Of a stretch of 64,000 bases of DNA, positions 1 through 11,573 are shown piece by piece. The stretch lies in NCBI GenBank assembly GCA_964514975.1, contig CAZESS010000003.1, positions 61,334 through 125,333 of the forward strand, in the 5' to 3' direction. The notes under the pieces are model-generated. The model did no database searches. It saw nothing but the letters and a program-made list of their open reading frames with translations, and had not been told where the DNA came from. Position 1 is the first letter of the stretch. Every line of letters begins with the position of its first letter. A program made the translations under genes and the position numbers. Source of the stretch: an uncultured Thermoplasmatales archaeon (GTDB lineage Archaea; Thermoplasmatota; E2; UBA202; DSCA01).

Positions 1-836
1 ACGTCGTCGACGAAGCGCTGCATCCCCTCCATGCTCTTGTAATGGGTGAGCATCTGTTTGATGACGTGGAAGGGCAGCGTGGCGATGTCGACGCCCATCT
101 CCGCCACTTCTCGAGCCTGCCGGGCGTTGCGGATGCTGGCCGCGATGATCTCCGTCGGGAAATCATAGGCGGCGTAGATGGCGATGATGCTCGCCGCGAG
201 CTCCACGCCGCTGTAGATGCCGTTGTCGTGCATGGCAGCGTTTTGCATGGCCTTGTAGAGCTCGCCGGGGTCGCCGTTCCATGTCCCGGTAGCGAGATGC
301 TCCTCGATGGTCTGCATGAGCCATGCGTCGTGGTAGTCGCCCTTGTCAAACGCCACGCTCAGTTGCTTGCGGATGTAGTCGTCGATGCGGCCGAGGAACG
401 GGCTGGCATAGGATGCGCCGGCCTTTGCGGCCATCAGCGCCTGCTCCGGGGTCATGACCAGTGTTGCGTTGGTGGGAATATCCTGGTCTGCGAGGCGGCG
501 GATGGCCCGGAGGCCTTCGACGTTGCTGTCATCGTCCTGCATGGCGGTGTTGACGGGCACCTTGACGACGACGTTGCCGTTGACCGGGTTGAACAGGTCG
601 TAGAGCGTTTCTGCCTCACACACGATGTCGTCGGCCATGGTGCCCTTGACCTCGAGGCTGACCGGGCCGTCCACCTCGCGGCAGATATCCTGGATGTATT
701 CCTCCATGTCGATGTCGCCGTGCTTCGCGACGGCTTTTTTGATGAGCGACGGGTTGGTGGTGACGCCGTCGACGATACCCCACGAACATGCCTCGCATAT
801 CTCGTCCAGGTCGGCGGTGTCGATAAAGACTTTCAT
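1..836 (-). CDS. tal: Transaldolase / fructose-6-phosphate aldolase family protein; 5' part with start codon at 836, C-terminus beyond window start
   Basis: Reverse-strand translation from ATG at 836 gives MKVFIDTADLDEI...GVTTNPSLI...VVVKVP (Schiff-base Lys motif), typical of Tal/Fsa. Contains an ~60-aa insertion. The ORF track missed it because it runs off the window. Confidence 0.75.
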   Translation of the reverse strand, partial: MKVFIDTADLDEICEACSWGIVDGVTTNPSLIKKAVAKHGDIDMEEYIQDICREVDGPVSLEVKGTMADDIVCEAETLYDLFNPVNGNVVVKVPVNTAMQDDDSNVEGLRAIRRLADQDIPTNATLVMTPEQALMAAKAGASYASPFLGRIDDYIRKQLSVAFDKGDYHDAWLMQTIEEHLATGTWNGDPGELYKAMQNAAMHDNGIYSGVELAASIIAIYAAYDFPTEIIAASIRNARQAREVAEMGVDIATLPFHVIKQMLTHYKSMEGMQRFVDD

Positions 837-911
837 GGTATCCGTCAATATGCTCAGGGTATATAGCCCTTTTCCGGCGGGACAACAAAAGAAAAAAAAG
901 AGGGGAAAAGG

Positions 912-3900
912 TTACGCCGTTATCGGCGTGGGCTCGGTCCACCCGGGGCTGTAGACCGTCATCGTCGGGTCGCCGAAGATGACCTGCACATGGCTGATGT
1001 AGGTCGACGACCATCCATAGAGCGATGCGGGATCATCAGTCGTGTAATCCCGGTAGATGAGCCATGCATGTTTCGAATATGCCTCGCCGATGCTGGCCCC
1101 GTTGACCATGACCTCATGCAATGCCACGTCGTCCAGGTAGTCCGCAGGTGGACAGCTCCCCGTGCCCGCGTTGCCGTACCACAGCGCGGCCCCATGTTCA
1201 AGGTAGACGTTGGGGCCGAAATGCTGGCCGGTGGTGCAGCTCATCCAGAGCTCGAAAATGCTGTGCAGGTTGTCCAGCTCCCTGTCCACCCATTTGAAAT
1301 GGACGAGGTCGTAGAGCCCGGGCTCCTGCGCGTTGTACCAGGACGTGCCACCCCATCGGGGATACGAGGCGTCGTCGGTGTGCTGGCCGTCGTAGCCGCT
1401 GTAGCCGCGCCAGGAGTCCCACCATTCCCGGTAGGGAGTGCTGACATAGTGCTCCGCGGGCGGGAACTGGTCGGCCACGCACTTGTACTGCGCCGATATG
1501 CCGGAGCCGCCGGTGCCATGGCCGGCATAGTAGTTGACCGATGCGCCCGCATTGTAGCGCTCCAGCAGGTTGTCCCAGATGCAGTGCCCCTCATAGAAGC
1601 GGTCATGGGACGAAAAGCTCTCCTTGGTCGACCGGGACGAGTACACGTACACGGTTTCGCCGTTGTTGAGATTCCACTGGGAATAGCGCGTCCCATCGGG
1701 ATAGTTCATCAGCTGCGACGTGGTGACATCACGCCCGGGGTTGGCGTAGATGATGGCCGGGTACAGGATGTCGCGGCAGATGAGATTGGTGTCCATCGCC
1801 GGCGTGTCAAAGGGTATCTGCCCGGCATAGGACTCGTTGCCTGACAGGGAGCGCATCACCAGATGGCTTATGTCGTTCTCGCGGTCGGCGACGAACATGT
1901 ATGCCTCCTGGCCCTCGCCGTGGAGGCCGTAGCCACCGGTCCATGCCTCGATGGCCTCCTGGATGCCGCCGTACCATCGCTGGTGCATGTCGAAGCCCGG
2001 GTCGGGCACGCTGCCCTCGAAAATGCCCCTGAGCATCTCGCCCAGGTCGAACGGCTCGGCCATCATGTGGAGATATCCCTGCGCTCGCATGCCATGGTAC
2101 CAGCCGCCGGCGTATTGACGGTAGGCGGTGGCCTTGTCGAGGAGGTCATAGGCGCCGGGTATCTCGCCGATGTTCAGCACCGGGCTGCCATGGTAGGCGG
2201 CAATCATCGCCGCCGGCGCAAAGTAGCCGCCGCCGGACGCCAGCGAGGTCACCGTGATATAGTTTTCGGATGCAGCGCTGCTCTTAACAGCGTCGATAAT
2301 CTCCTGCATGGTCGTGTACTCGGTCGCTCCGCTGACGGATGCACTGCTCACTCCGCCGAGGTTGACATAGATGATATCCGAGGTGCCAAGGCTGTCCAGG
2401 GCATTTTGCGTCGCCGCCGGTATCTCATCCGCAGCGACATAGAGCAATGGGGCATGGCTGAGCGATGCGAGGACGGCGCCGTTGGCCGCCGACAGCGCGG
2501 CGTTGCTCCGCTGCTCGCTGTGCTCCCTGAGCGTTGCAGTGATATGGTAGGGGATGCTGTCGCTGGTTTTCTCCTCGCCATAGGGATAATGCGGCGCGAC
2601 GATGACCGCCCACCGACCTTCCATTGGGTGGTGCACCTCGACAGTATGCTCTCTGGCGGGGACGGGCTCCCAGCGTCGCCATTCCTCGAAGCCGATGTCG
2701 GGGTTGTGGTAGCCGTTCCAGGTATGCATGGGCTGGATGTTGTCATGGGTCGGGTCGTTCCAGTGAGGGATCGACGGCCGGCGGATGTTGCCGTGCGGGT
2801 CGACCAGGAACACCTCGAGGGTGCTTGCCTCGCTCGTGGTCACGGTCACCTCGATGCTGCTGCTCGTGTCATCCACCGGTATCTTGTACCGGTCGCCAGA
2901 GTACCTGGTGACCTCGAGCGTCCAGTCGCCGCTGTCGCTGGCGGCGTAGGGGAACCAGAGCCCGGGCGTGGTTATCGGATAATAGATGTTGGTGTTGTCA
3001 CCGGGGACATCCGTCGGATGCGGCCAGTTCTCCTCGGTGCCGACCTCGTAACGGGGGGTGATTATGCCCAGCGCCGGTGATGTCGGCGCTGCGTACACGG
3101 TCATGGCGGCCCATTTGCTGCCGATGAACATGGGCAGGGCCTGCCGCCCGCCGACATCTCTGAGCTGGCTGCTGCCCTTGGCTGCCCTGGTCACCTGTGT
3201 TTCAACGGTGAGCGTCGCATCGGTGTCCAGCACCGATGTTGTCTCATCGTTGAAGCTGCTGCCGTCGACCGCGAGCACCGCCGTGTCGCTGGTATCCCAG
3301 TGGCTGGTTGCGATGTCCGCTGCCGCCTGGACGGGGTCGTCGGGCACGATGTACTCCGCTGCCGCCATACCATGCCTGTCCAGGTAGGTGTTCCAGTCGT
3401 CGAGCAGATACCCCGTGGTGTCATCCACGGTGCCATACCAGTTTATTTGCCGGTCGACGCCCCGGTACACGATGGGGGAAACATGGCGCTGTCCGCCGTC
3501 GAGGTAGTTCGCCGCCGGGATGGCTGCCAGGTAGCCGTATTCGTCGGCGTTGCCATCTGGGTCATCGTTTACGATGAAGGTCCGGGCGACAGGGGTGATG
3601 TCGGGCTGAGGTATCGGGCCCGGTGGCGATGCGACGCTGCCGCCGAGCTCAAGGGTGAACGTGTATGCCCCTGAGCCGTAGAGGTAGTAGTCGTCGGGCC
3701 ACAGCGATGTGTCCCAGCCGGGAAAGATGTCCACCATGAGCGTCCATTTTCCTGTGGTGTCGGCGGGATATTCTAGCTCGTCGTTGCCGTAATAGCTGGC
3801 GTAGTGGACGCGCTCTCCCGCAGGATTGTAGAGATGGATGTCGTAGTCGGTTCGCTTGGGCGGGGTGATGCTCGCGGTGATGCCCTGGCCGGCCGACACG

Positions 3901-4595
3901 TCAAAGCTGTAGCAGTCAATCCAGTCCTGGCTGTCCAGGTAGCCGTCATAGCTGCCGGGGGTGATTGACAGGGCGCTGCCGATGGTGTCGCCGGCGTCGC
4001 CTGCGCTCCCGGCGTCGTTTTGCCCGTTGAGGGTGACGTCGAGCTGGTAGCTGCCGGTGCCGGCTGCGGCGAGGTGCAGGTACCATGTGCCCGTCTCGGA
4101 TGCCTGATATGTGAGCGTGCCTGTGGTACCCGCCGGTGCTGCGGCGACGATGTCGCCGGCTGTGTTTGAGAGCTCCATGGTGATGTCGACGGACGCCTGG
4201 ATGGATATCTGGATGGTCTGGCCGGTGCAGACGGAAAAGCTGTACCAGTCGTCGCTGTCGCCGGCGTCGATGATGCCGGTGGTGTCTCTGCCTGGGCTGC
4301 CGTCGATGGGTTCGCCGGGGTAGATGGGCAGTGCCTGGTAGATGATGTCGCCAGCGTCGACGTTGTAGCCCAGGTCGGTTTCGTCCTGGAGCGCCGTGGT
4401 TGCTTGCGGGCTGTCGATGGTGTCAAGCTGGCGCATCTCGGGTATCTCTTGCGGCGTGTCGCCGGGCTCGGCTGGCGGGGTCTCGCTGTCGGACAGGGTG
4501 GCCGGGCCGCCCGTATCTGATATAGTGGTAATTCCTGTCATGCCTGCGCATAACAATGTTGCAAGTATGCCTATAACTATTAGTTTGGTTTTCAT
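912..4595 (-). CDS. Large secreted protein (1227 aa): signal peptide, two PPC (pre-peptidase C-terminal) domains, and a C-terminal clan-CD (gingipain/C25-like) cysteine-peptidase-like region
   Basis: N-terminal MKTKLIVIGILATLLCAG signal. DxDWYSF PPC motifs occur twice. Candidate His-Gly (NYYAGHGTGG) then Ser-Cys (ELWMSCTTGQ) dyad follows hydrophobic strands, as in clan CD. GGAGG lies 6 nt upstream of the ATG and TTATAAATAA about 35 nt upstream. Confidence 0.55.
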   Translation of the reverse strand: MKTKLIVIGILATLLCAGMTGITTISDTGGPATLSDSETPPAEPGDTPQEIPEMRQLDTIDSPQATTALQDETDLGYNVDAGDIIYQALPIYPGEPIDGSPGRDTTGIIDAGDSDDWYSFSVCTGQTIQISIQASVDITMELSNTAGDIVAAAPAGTTGTLTYQASETGTWYLHLAAAGTGSYQLDVTLNGQNDAGSAGDAGDTIGSALSITPGSYDGYLDSQDWIDCYSFDVSAGQGITASITPPKRTDYDIHLYNPAGERVHYASYYGNDELEYPADTTGKWTLMVDIFPGWDTSLWPDDYYLYGSGAYTFTLELGGSVASPPGPIPQPDITPVARTFIVNDDPDGNADEYGYLAAIPAANYLDGGQRHVSPIVYRGVDRQINWYGTVDDTTGYLLDDWNTYLDRHGMAAAEYIVPDDPVQAAADIATSHWDTSDTAVLAVDGSSFNDETTSVLDTDATLTVETQVTRAAKGSSQLRDVGGRQALPMFIGSKWAAMTVYAAPTSPALGIITPRYEVGTEENWPHPTDVPGDNTNIYYPITTPGLWFPYAASDSGDWTLEVTRYSGDRYKIPVDDTSSSIEVTVTTSEASTLEVFLVDPHGNIRRPSIPHWNDPTHDNIQPMHTWNGYHNPDIGFEEWRRWEPVPAREHTVEVHHPMEGRWAVIVAPHYPYGEEKTSDSIPYHITATLREHSEQRSNAALSAANGAVLASLSHAPLLYVAADEIPAATQNALDSLGTSDIIYVNLGGVSSASVSGATEYTTMQEIIDAVKSSAASENYITVTSLASGGGYFAPAAMIAAYHGSPVLNIGEIPGAYDLLDKATAYRQYAGGWYHGMRAQGYLHMMAEPFDLGEMLRGIFEGSVPDPGFDMHQRWYGGIQEAIEAWTGGYGLHGEGQEAYMFVADRENDISHLVMRSLSGNESYAGQIPFDTPAMDTNLICRDILYPAIIYANPGRDVTTSQLMNYPDGTRYSQWNLNNGETVYVYSSRSTKESFSSHDRFYEGHCIWDNLLERYNAGASVNYYAGHGTGGSGISAQYKCVADQFPPAEHYVSTPYREWWDSWRGYSGYDGQHTDDASYPRWGGTSWYNAQEPGLYDLVHFKWVDRELDNLHSIFELWMSCTTGQHFGPNVYLEHGAALWYGNAGTGSCPPADYLDDVALHEVMVNGASIGEAYSKHAWLIYRDYTTDDPASLYGWSSTYISHVQVIFGDPTMTVYSPGWTEPTPITA

Positions 4596-4934
4596 GCTGT
4601 GCCTCCATCTCTACATCCGGATGGACTTATTTATAATTTAGCGTTGCAATGCTCTTTTATATATGCTGGCATCGTCGCGGCTCTATCCCGAAAGTCCGTA
4701 CAACGAGCATTATGCTATCTTCCACCACATGAGTTGCCTAGAAGAATGGGAAGAGGTAATTGTCTGTTCACAGGCATGTCACGATAGTTTCGGGATGAAG
4801 CCCATCGTCGCGATGAAAAAACGCATATTTTCATTTTGCCATTGAACATTGAGAGCGATGTCTCCCGCTAGCTACCGTGTCTGGCTCACGCTCTCTTTTT
4901 CGGGGGTTTTTCTAACCTCTTCTATCCTACCCAT

Positions 4935-4973
4935 AAATCGAAAAGAAAGAGAAAAAGGAAAAGGAAAAAGGCG
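4935..4973 (-). terminator. Oligo-T tracts just downstream of the acs stop (archaeal intrinsic terminator candidate)
   Basis: Minus strand reads cctttttccttttcctttttctctttcttttcg immediately after the acs stop at 4974. Confidence 0.4.
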
Positions 4974-6887
<1,914 letters not shown>

Positions 6888-6950
6888 AGTATCGGTTTGG
6901 GTATTTGCCTCCGATACTTAAATGTTTTCTGTGCCGTCACCGCATGCAGA

Positions 6951-7877
6951 CTACAGCACGAGCAGCCCGATGAAGACGGCATAGATGGCCAGCAGCAGGG
7001 CGCCATACCGCCAGTCCATCCGGCGGCGGGCGAACACGGCAAGCACCACGGACACGATGAGCAGGAAGGGTAACGTGAGAAAAATCTTGTCCTCCGCTGC
7101 AACCGGGCGTATGACGCCGCTGACACCCAGCGCCAGCAAAATGTTGATGATGTTACTCCCGATGATGTTGCCGACGGCGATGCCGTGCTTTCCCTTCAAA
7201 GCGGCGGCAATGCTGCTCGCCAGCTCGGGCAGCGACGAGCCGAAGGCAATCATCGTCAGCCCGATAACGGCGCGGGGAACACCGAGCAGGTCGGCGATTC
7301 CCACGCCTGCATGGACAGTCAGCTGCGCCCCCGCCACCACCGCCACGCCCCCCACGGCCAGCATCACGCCGTGCTTCAGCAGGCCATCCCGCTCGACGTC
7401 AGGCAGCTCATCCCGGCAGCGTTCCCGTCGATGAGTTGTCCACCAGTAGTACACGAAGAAGGCGTAGACGGCCAGGTAGAGGACGCCGTCGTAGATGTCG
7501 ATGCGTCCGTCGAGCCAGAGCGAGCCGAGGAGGAGCAGCGTGACGGCGAGCATGAACAGGGAGTCACGCCGGGTGTCCCTGCTGGCGCAGAGGGGCATGA
7601 TGAGGGCACTGACGCCCAGGATGAGGCAGATGTTGGTGATGTTGCTGCCCACGATGTTGCCGATGGCGATGCCGGCCTCGCCCTGGAAGGCGGCGATGGA
7701 TGACACGGCTATCTCGGGCAGCGAGGTGGCGAAGGCGACCAGGGTGAGACCGATGGTGTGCTCGGAGGCGCCGGTGGCCGAGGCGACGGCTGCGGCGCCG
7801 TCGATAAACACGTCGCTTCCCTTGGCGAGCAGCAGCAGCCCCGCGGCGAGGATACCGAGGTACAGGAGCGGGTCCAT
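6951..7877 (-). CDS. Na+/Ca2+ exchanger family (CaCA, YrbG-like) membrane protein
   Basis: Two alpha-repeat motifs GNIVGSNITNI and GNIIGSNIINI; 10 predicted TM segments. Confidence 0.85.
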   Translation of the reverse strand: MDPLLYLGILAAGLLLLAKGSDVFIDGAAAVASATGASEHTIGLTLVAFATSLPEIAVSSIAAFQGEAGIAIGNIVGSNITNICLILGVSALIMPLCASRDTRRDSLFMLAVTLLLLGSLWLDGRIDIYDGVLYLAVYAFFVYYWWTTHRRERCRDELPDVERDGLLKHGVMLAVGGVAVVAGAQLTVHAGVGIADLLGVPRAVIGLTMIAFGSSLPELASSIAAALKGKHGIAVGNIIGSNIINILLALGVSGVIRPVAAEDKIFLTLPFLLIVSVVLAVFARRRMDWRYGALLLAIYAVFIGLLVL

Positions 7878-7926
7878 CCGTGTTAGGATGTGCAGCGGGT
7901 TGAAATGCTTTTCTCATTCCGCCAAA

Positions 7927-7934
7927 GTATAAAT
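7927..7934 (+). promoter_or_regulatory. TATA box (TATAAATA) for the M28 peptidase gene
   Basis: TATAAATA sits 21-28 nt upstream of the candidate ATG at 7956 (leaderless geometry) or directly abuts the ATG at 7935. Confidence 0.4.
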
Positions 7935-9191
7935 ATGCGCCCGGTTTCATCGGCCATGCACCGGAGAGCATTGGTCGTCGTGATTGTGCTGGCCCTTGTT
8001 GTGGCACCGACGGTGATGCCGTTTTCCCAGGGGGCTGCAGATGACGATACGCTGGCGGATATCATCGCCGCCGTCGACACCGACGCGTTATACCACTACG
8101 ACAAGACCATCCAGGACGTGGGGCCGCATCCCACGGGCAGCGATGAATGCCGGGAGGTCGCCTCCTTTATCTATGACGAGTTTGCGAGCTACGGGCTCAA
8201 CGTGTCCTATCATGCATGGCATCGGAACGGTTTGAGCAGCCGGAACGTGGTGGCGACGCTTCCCGGGGAAACGAACTACACGGTCATCATGTCGGCACAC
8301 TATGACAGCGTCGATGATTCGCCGGGTGCGGACGACGACGGCTCCGGCGTCTCGAGCGTGCTGATGGCCGCCAGGGTGCTCAGCAGCTACAGCTTTCGCC
8401 ATACCGTCAAGTTCATCTGCTTCTCCGGCGAGGAGCAAGGCCTCTACGGCAGCGGCGCCTATGCCCGTGGCGCATACGAGCGGGATGAAGCCATCCTCGC
8501 CGTTCTGCAGCTCGACGGCGTCGGCCACGCCGTGAGCAGCAAGGGCGGCAGCACCATCCGGCTGTGTGCCAATGACGCCTCCGCATGGATTACCGATGCG
8601 GCACAGCGGGTGCTCGACAGCCACGGCGATGACATCGGCCTGTCCATCCACCGGAACCGGAACTTTGCGGGGAGCGACCACCAGTCGTTCATCAACTACG
8701 GCTACGAGGGCATATTTTTCCTTGAATACGAGTTCAACCCCTATTATCATTCGCCGGGGGACACCATCGAGCATGTCAACTTCAGCTACCTGACCAGGGT
8801 CTGCCGGCTGGCATCCGCCACTGTCGCCTCTATCGCAGGCCGGGAGATATCGCTGTACACGCGCATCGTCGAGCCGGACCGCGGCGCCATCTACGCTGGC
8901 AGCACACAGGTCATGGCGCTGGATGGGTATCGCACCGTCGTGCTCGGCCGTACGCATGTTCGCGCCGAGGTGCATGGCCCCGCCGTTGTCGAACGCGTCT
9001 TTTTCTATCTCGACGGCGAGGTACGGGGCATCGACGAGACGGCGCCCTACGAGCACGAGTATAGCAGGGTGGCGCTGTTCAGCCATGACGTCAGGGTCGA
9101 GGTCGAGGGAACAAATGCTGCGGACATGGCGCAGGTGTCCGTGGTGATGTTTAACCTCGTGCCTGGTCCATGGCTTGATGCTACCGGATGA
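7935..9191 (+). CDS. Secreted M28-family zinc aminopeptidase
   Basis: Signal peptide MHRRALVVVIVLALVVA. Contains HYDSV...DDDGSG...SGEEQGL metal-binding motifs of peptidase M28. Start ambiguous between 7935 and 7956. Confidence 0.85.
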   Translation: MRPVSSAMHRRALVVVIVLALVVAPTVMPFSQGAADDDTLADIIAAVDTDALYHYDKTIQDVGPHPTGSDECREVASFIYDEFASYGLNVSYHAWHRNGLSSRNVVATLPGETNYTVIMSAHYDSVDDSPGADDDGSGVSSVLMAARVLSSYSFRHTVKFICFSGEEQGLYGSGAYARGAYERDEAILAVLQLDGVGHAVSSKGGSTIRLCANDASAWITDAAQRVLDSHGDDIGLSIHRNRNFAGSDHQSFINYGYEGIFFLEYEFNPYYHSPGDTIEHVNFSYLTRVCRLASATVASIAGREISLYTRIVEPDRGAIYAGSTQVMALDGYRTVVLGRTHVRAEVHGPAVVERVFFYLDGEVRGIDETAPYEHEYSRVALFSHDVRVEVEGTNAADMAQVSVVMFNLVPGPWLDATG

Positions 9192-9270
9192 TGGAACGGC
9201 CCAGCAATCATGGCACGTGCTGTCACCCATCAGGCAACACATTTAAGAGCGTAGGGTATTTATCCCCACG

Positions 9271-10464
9271 ATGGATGTTTCAAAGCACTATTCAAGTAAT
9301 CTGAAAAGGATGAAATCCTCGGAGATACGGGACCTGCTGGCCGTCTCCCAGCAACCCGGCGTCATCTCGTTTGGCGGGGGGCTTCCCAACTCCAAGGCGT
9401 TTCCGGTTCACAAGATTCAGCGTATCGTCGAAGGAATCATCGAGGAGGAGCCAAACGTCGCCTTCCAGTATGGAACCACGAAGGGACAGCCCAAGCTTCG
9501 GAGGGCAATCGTGGACATGGCAGCCGACGAGGGCATCAACGCCGACATGGACCATGTGCTCATCACCGTCGGGTCGCAGCAGGCGCTCGACCTCATCGGC
9601 CGCGTGTTTCTCAACCCCGAGGACACCATCTTCCTGGGGCTGCCGACCTATCTGGGCGGCATCAACGTCTTTCGGGCCTACGGGGCCAACATGGTCGGCG
9701 TACCCGTCGACAGGGACGGCATGAACGTTGACATCCTTGAGGAAAAAATCATTGAGGCCGAGCGCGCTGGCAGGCCGGGCAAGCTCATCTACACGGTTCC
9801 CACCTTTCAGAATCCCGCCGGCGTGGAAATGTCCGCGGACCGGCGGCGGCGCATCGTCGAGCTGGCGGAGGAACACAACCTCGTGCTCCTGGAGGACGAC
9901 CCCTACGGCAAGCTCCGGTTTGAGGGGGAAGCATTGCCGCCGCTGCGTGCGCTCTCCGACAACGTGGTCCACATGGCGACGTTTTCCAAGGTGCTGTCAC
10001 CCGGCTTCCGGCTCGCCTACGTCATCGCTCCCAACGGCGTTGTCGACAAGATGGAGCTGGCGAAGCAGTCGGTTGACCTGTGCACGCCGACGTTCACCCA
10101 GTCGATTGCCCGCCGCTTCATATCCGAGGGGCACATGGACGAGCATCTGCCCAACATCATTTCCATGTACCGGCGGAAGCGGGATATCATGCTGGACGCG
10201 CTGGAAGAATATTTCCCTGACGGATGCGAGTGGACGCATCCCCGGGGCGGCATGTTTCTCTGGGCGACGCTGCCCGAGCACATAGACACCCGGGAGATGT
10301 TCCAGGATGCCATCAAGGAAAAAGTGGCATATGTCCACGGTCGCGCCTTCTACGTCAACGGGGGCGGCGGCAACACGATGCGGCTCAACTTTTCGAACCC
10401 GAGCGACGAGGACGTCACCGAGGGCATCCGGCGGCTCGGCGCCACGATAGAGAAAAACCTGTAG
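9271..10464 (+). CDS. PLP-dependent class I/II aminotransferase (AspAT/2-aminoadipate transaminase-like)
   Basis: 397 aa with fold-type I aminotransferase pattern, including the SFSKVLSPGFRLAY lysine region. Confidence 0.8.
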   Translation: MDVSKHYSSNLKRMKSSEIRDLLAVSQQPGVISFGGGLPNSKAFPVHKIQRIVEGIIEEEPNVAFQYGTTKGQPKLRRAIVDMAADEGINADMDHVLITVGSQQALDLIGRVFLNPEDTIFLGLPTYLGGINVFRAYGANMVGVPVDRDGMNVDILEEKIIEAERAGRPGKLIYTVPTFQNPAGVEMSADRRRRIVELAEEHNLVLLEDDPYGKLRFEGEALPPLRALSDNVVHMATFSKVLSPGFRLAYVIAPNGVVDKMELAKQSVDLCTPTFTQSIARRFISEGHMDEHLPNIISMYRRKRDIMLDALEEYFPDGCEWTHPRGGMFLWATLPEHIDTREMFQDAIKEKVAYVHGRAFYVNGGGGNTMRLNFSNPSDEDVTEGIRRLGATIEKNL

Positions 10465-10465
10465 G

Positions 10466-11551
10466 CTAGTCCGCGCGGCGTATCCCGTCACCGGATAGCT
10501 CGTTCCATGATGCACCGGCGCATGAGATACACAGATGGCGACCGTTTTTTTCGAGGGTGCGGGTGGCCATCACCGGCTCGTGGCAGGATTCGCAGATGAT
10601 GCTGTCATGGATGGGCGCATACGAGGGTATGTCGATGGTGACCTGTTCCACGGTGAACAGCTCCTCGACGTCCTGCTGGAGGAGGTCGAAGGCACGCTCC
10701 TGTGCCATCCGCCGGTAGCGGGCTTCGTCTTCGTCGGTGCCCTCCCTGTCTTTGACGACCTTTGTGAACAGCTTCGCGAACGCGTCATCCCGCTGCTTGC
10801 GTAGGAGAGCGGCGATGCGGATGCCCTCGCCGTCTCTGCCTGCCAGGGTGAACGCGGTTTTGCCGAGGTCGCGGAACACCAGGGCGTTGTTGCCCAGGGT
10901 GCAGCCGGTGACGTACTGCACGCCGTCGGCGAAGCAGTTGTTTGTCTCGACGATTGCCATGACGTGTTCCATGCCGTCTGAGCGCCAGCTCATCTGCTGC
11001 ACGGCATGCGCGGCGGCCATGACGCCCATCGCCAGCCCGGGGCAGAAATGGCCGTGGAGCTCGCCGGCCCGTAATAGCAGTTCTTCCAGGACATGGGTGC
11101 GTATGAGGCGCATTATCTCGCTGCGGGGACTGGCTTTTACGTGTTCCCGGATGACCTGCTGTTGTTCTGTTTCGTCGAGCGACGGCGCGTATGGCTTGAT
11201 GTCCAGCACCGGGGTGCCGTCGATGGCGTCCAGGCCTTTTACCCGCACCGTGGTGCCATCTCGTTCAAGCAGCCTGGCGGTGGTAACACCGATGCCGCTC
11301 GGCCGGTGCGGGCTCCGCGAGGCGAAGACGCCTTTCACCCCCCCGCTGTAGGTCGGCCCCCGGAGCTCGTAGCTCTCGGAGCGATGAAAATGGAAGACGA
11401 CCTGGATATACCTGCTGTCTTCGATGCGGTAGAGGCCGTCCGCATACCGCTCGTGTATCTCGATGACACTTTCCTCCTGGCGCATTTCATGCGGGTCCAT
11501 GGGCTCCGTCATGTCGTTGTGGACGACGCCGATTTCCCTGATGTCCTGCAT
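10466..11551 (-). CDS. Fusion protein: TrmO/TsaA-like (YaeB) N-terminal domain plus FwdE/FmdE-like domain with C-terminal zinc ribbon
   Basis: N-terminal VVFHFHRSE...GVFASRSPHRPSGIGVT matches TrmO. C-terminal HGHFCPGLAMG...CESCHE...CISCAG matches FmdE (PF02663-like). Start taken at the internal ATG at 11551 (MQDIREIGVV). Confidence 0.75.
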   Translation of the reverse strand: MQDIREIGVVHNDMTEPMDPHEMRQEESVIEIHERYADGLYRIEDSRYIQVVFHFHRSESYELRGPTYSGGVKGVFASRSPHRPSGIGVTTARLLERDGTTVRVKGLDAIDGTPVLDIKPYAPSLDETEQQQVIREHVKASPRSEIMRLIRTHVLEELLLRAGELHGHFCPGLAMGVMAAAHAVQQMSWRSDGMEHVMAIVETNNCFADGVQYVTGCTLGNNALVFRDLGKTAFTLAGRDGEGIRIAALLRKQRDDAFAKLFTKVVKDREGTDEDEARYRRMAQERAFDLLQQDVEELFTVEQVTIDIPSYAPIHDSIICESCHEPVMATRTLEKNGRHLCISCAGASWNELSGDGIRRAD

Positions 11552-11573
11552 GTGATGCACACCCCGGCGGCTT

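Noticed and set aside
42-866. 274-aa plus-strand ORF at the window start
   Set aside because: It is the antisense shadow of the transaldolase gene. The minus strand from ATG 836 translates to a clear Tal/Fsa protein, whereas the plus-strand product is V/D/G/H-rich nonsense typical of reverse frames in GC-rich DNA.
4599-4845. Small ORFs (62 and 60 aa) in the AT-rich region upstream of the large peptidase gene
   Set aside because: Atypical codon usage, no motifs and location in a promoter region make them likely spurious.
8088-9242. 384-aa minus-strand ORF
   Set aside because: Antisense to the M28 peptidase gene; no recognisable motifs; low-complexity composition.
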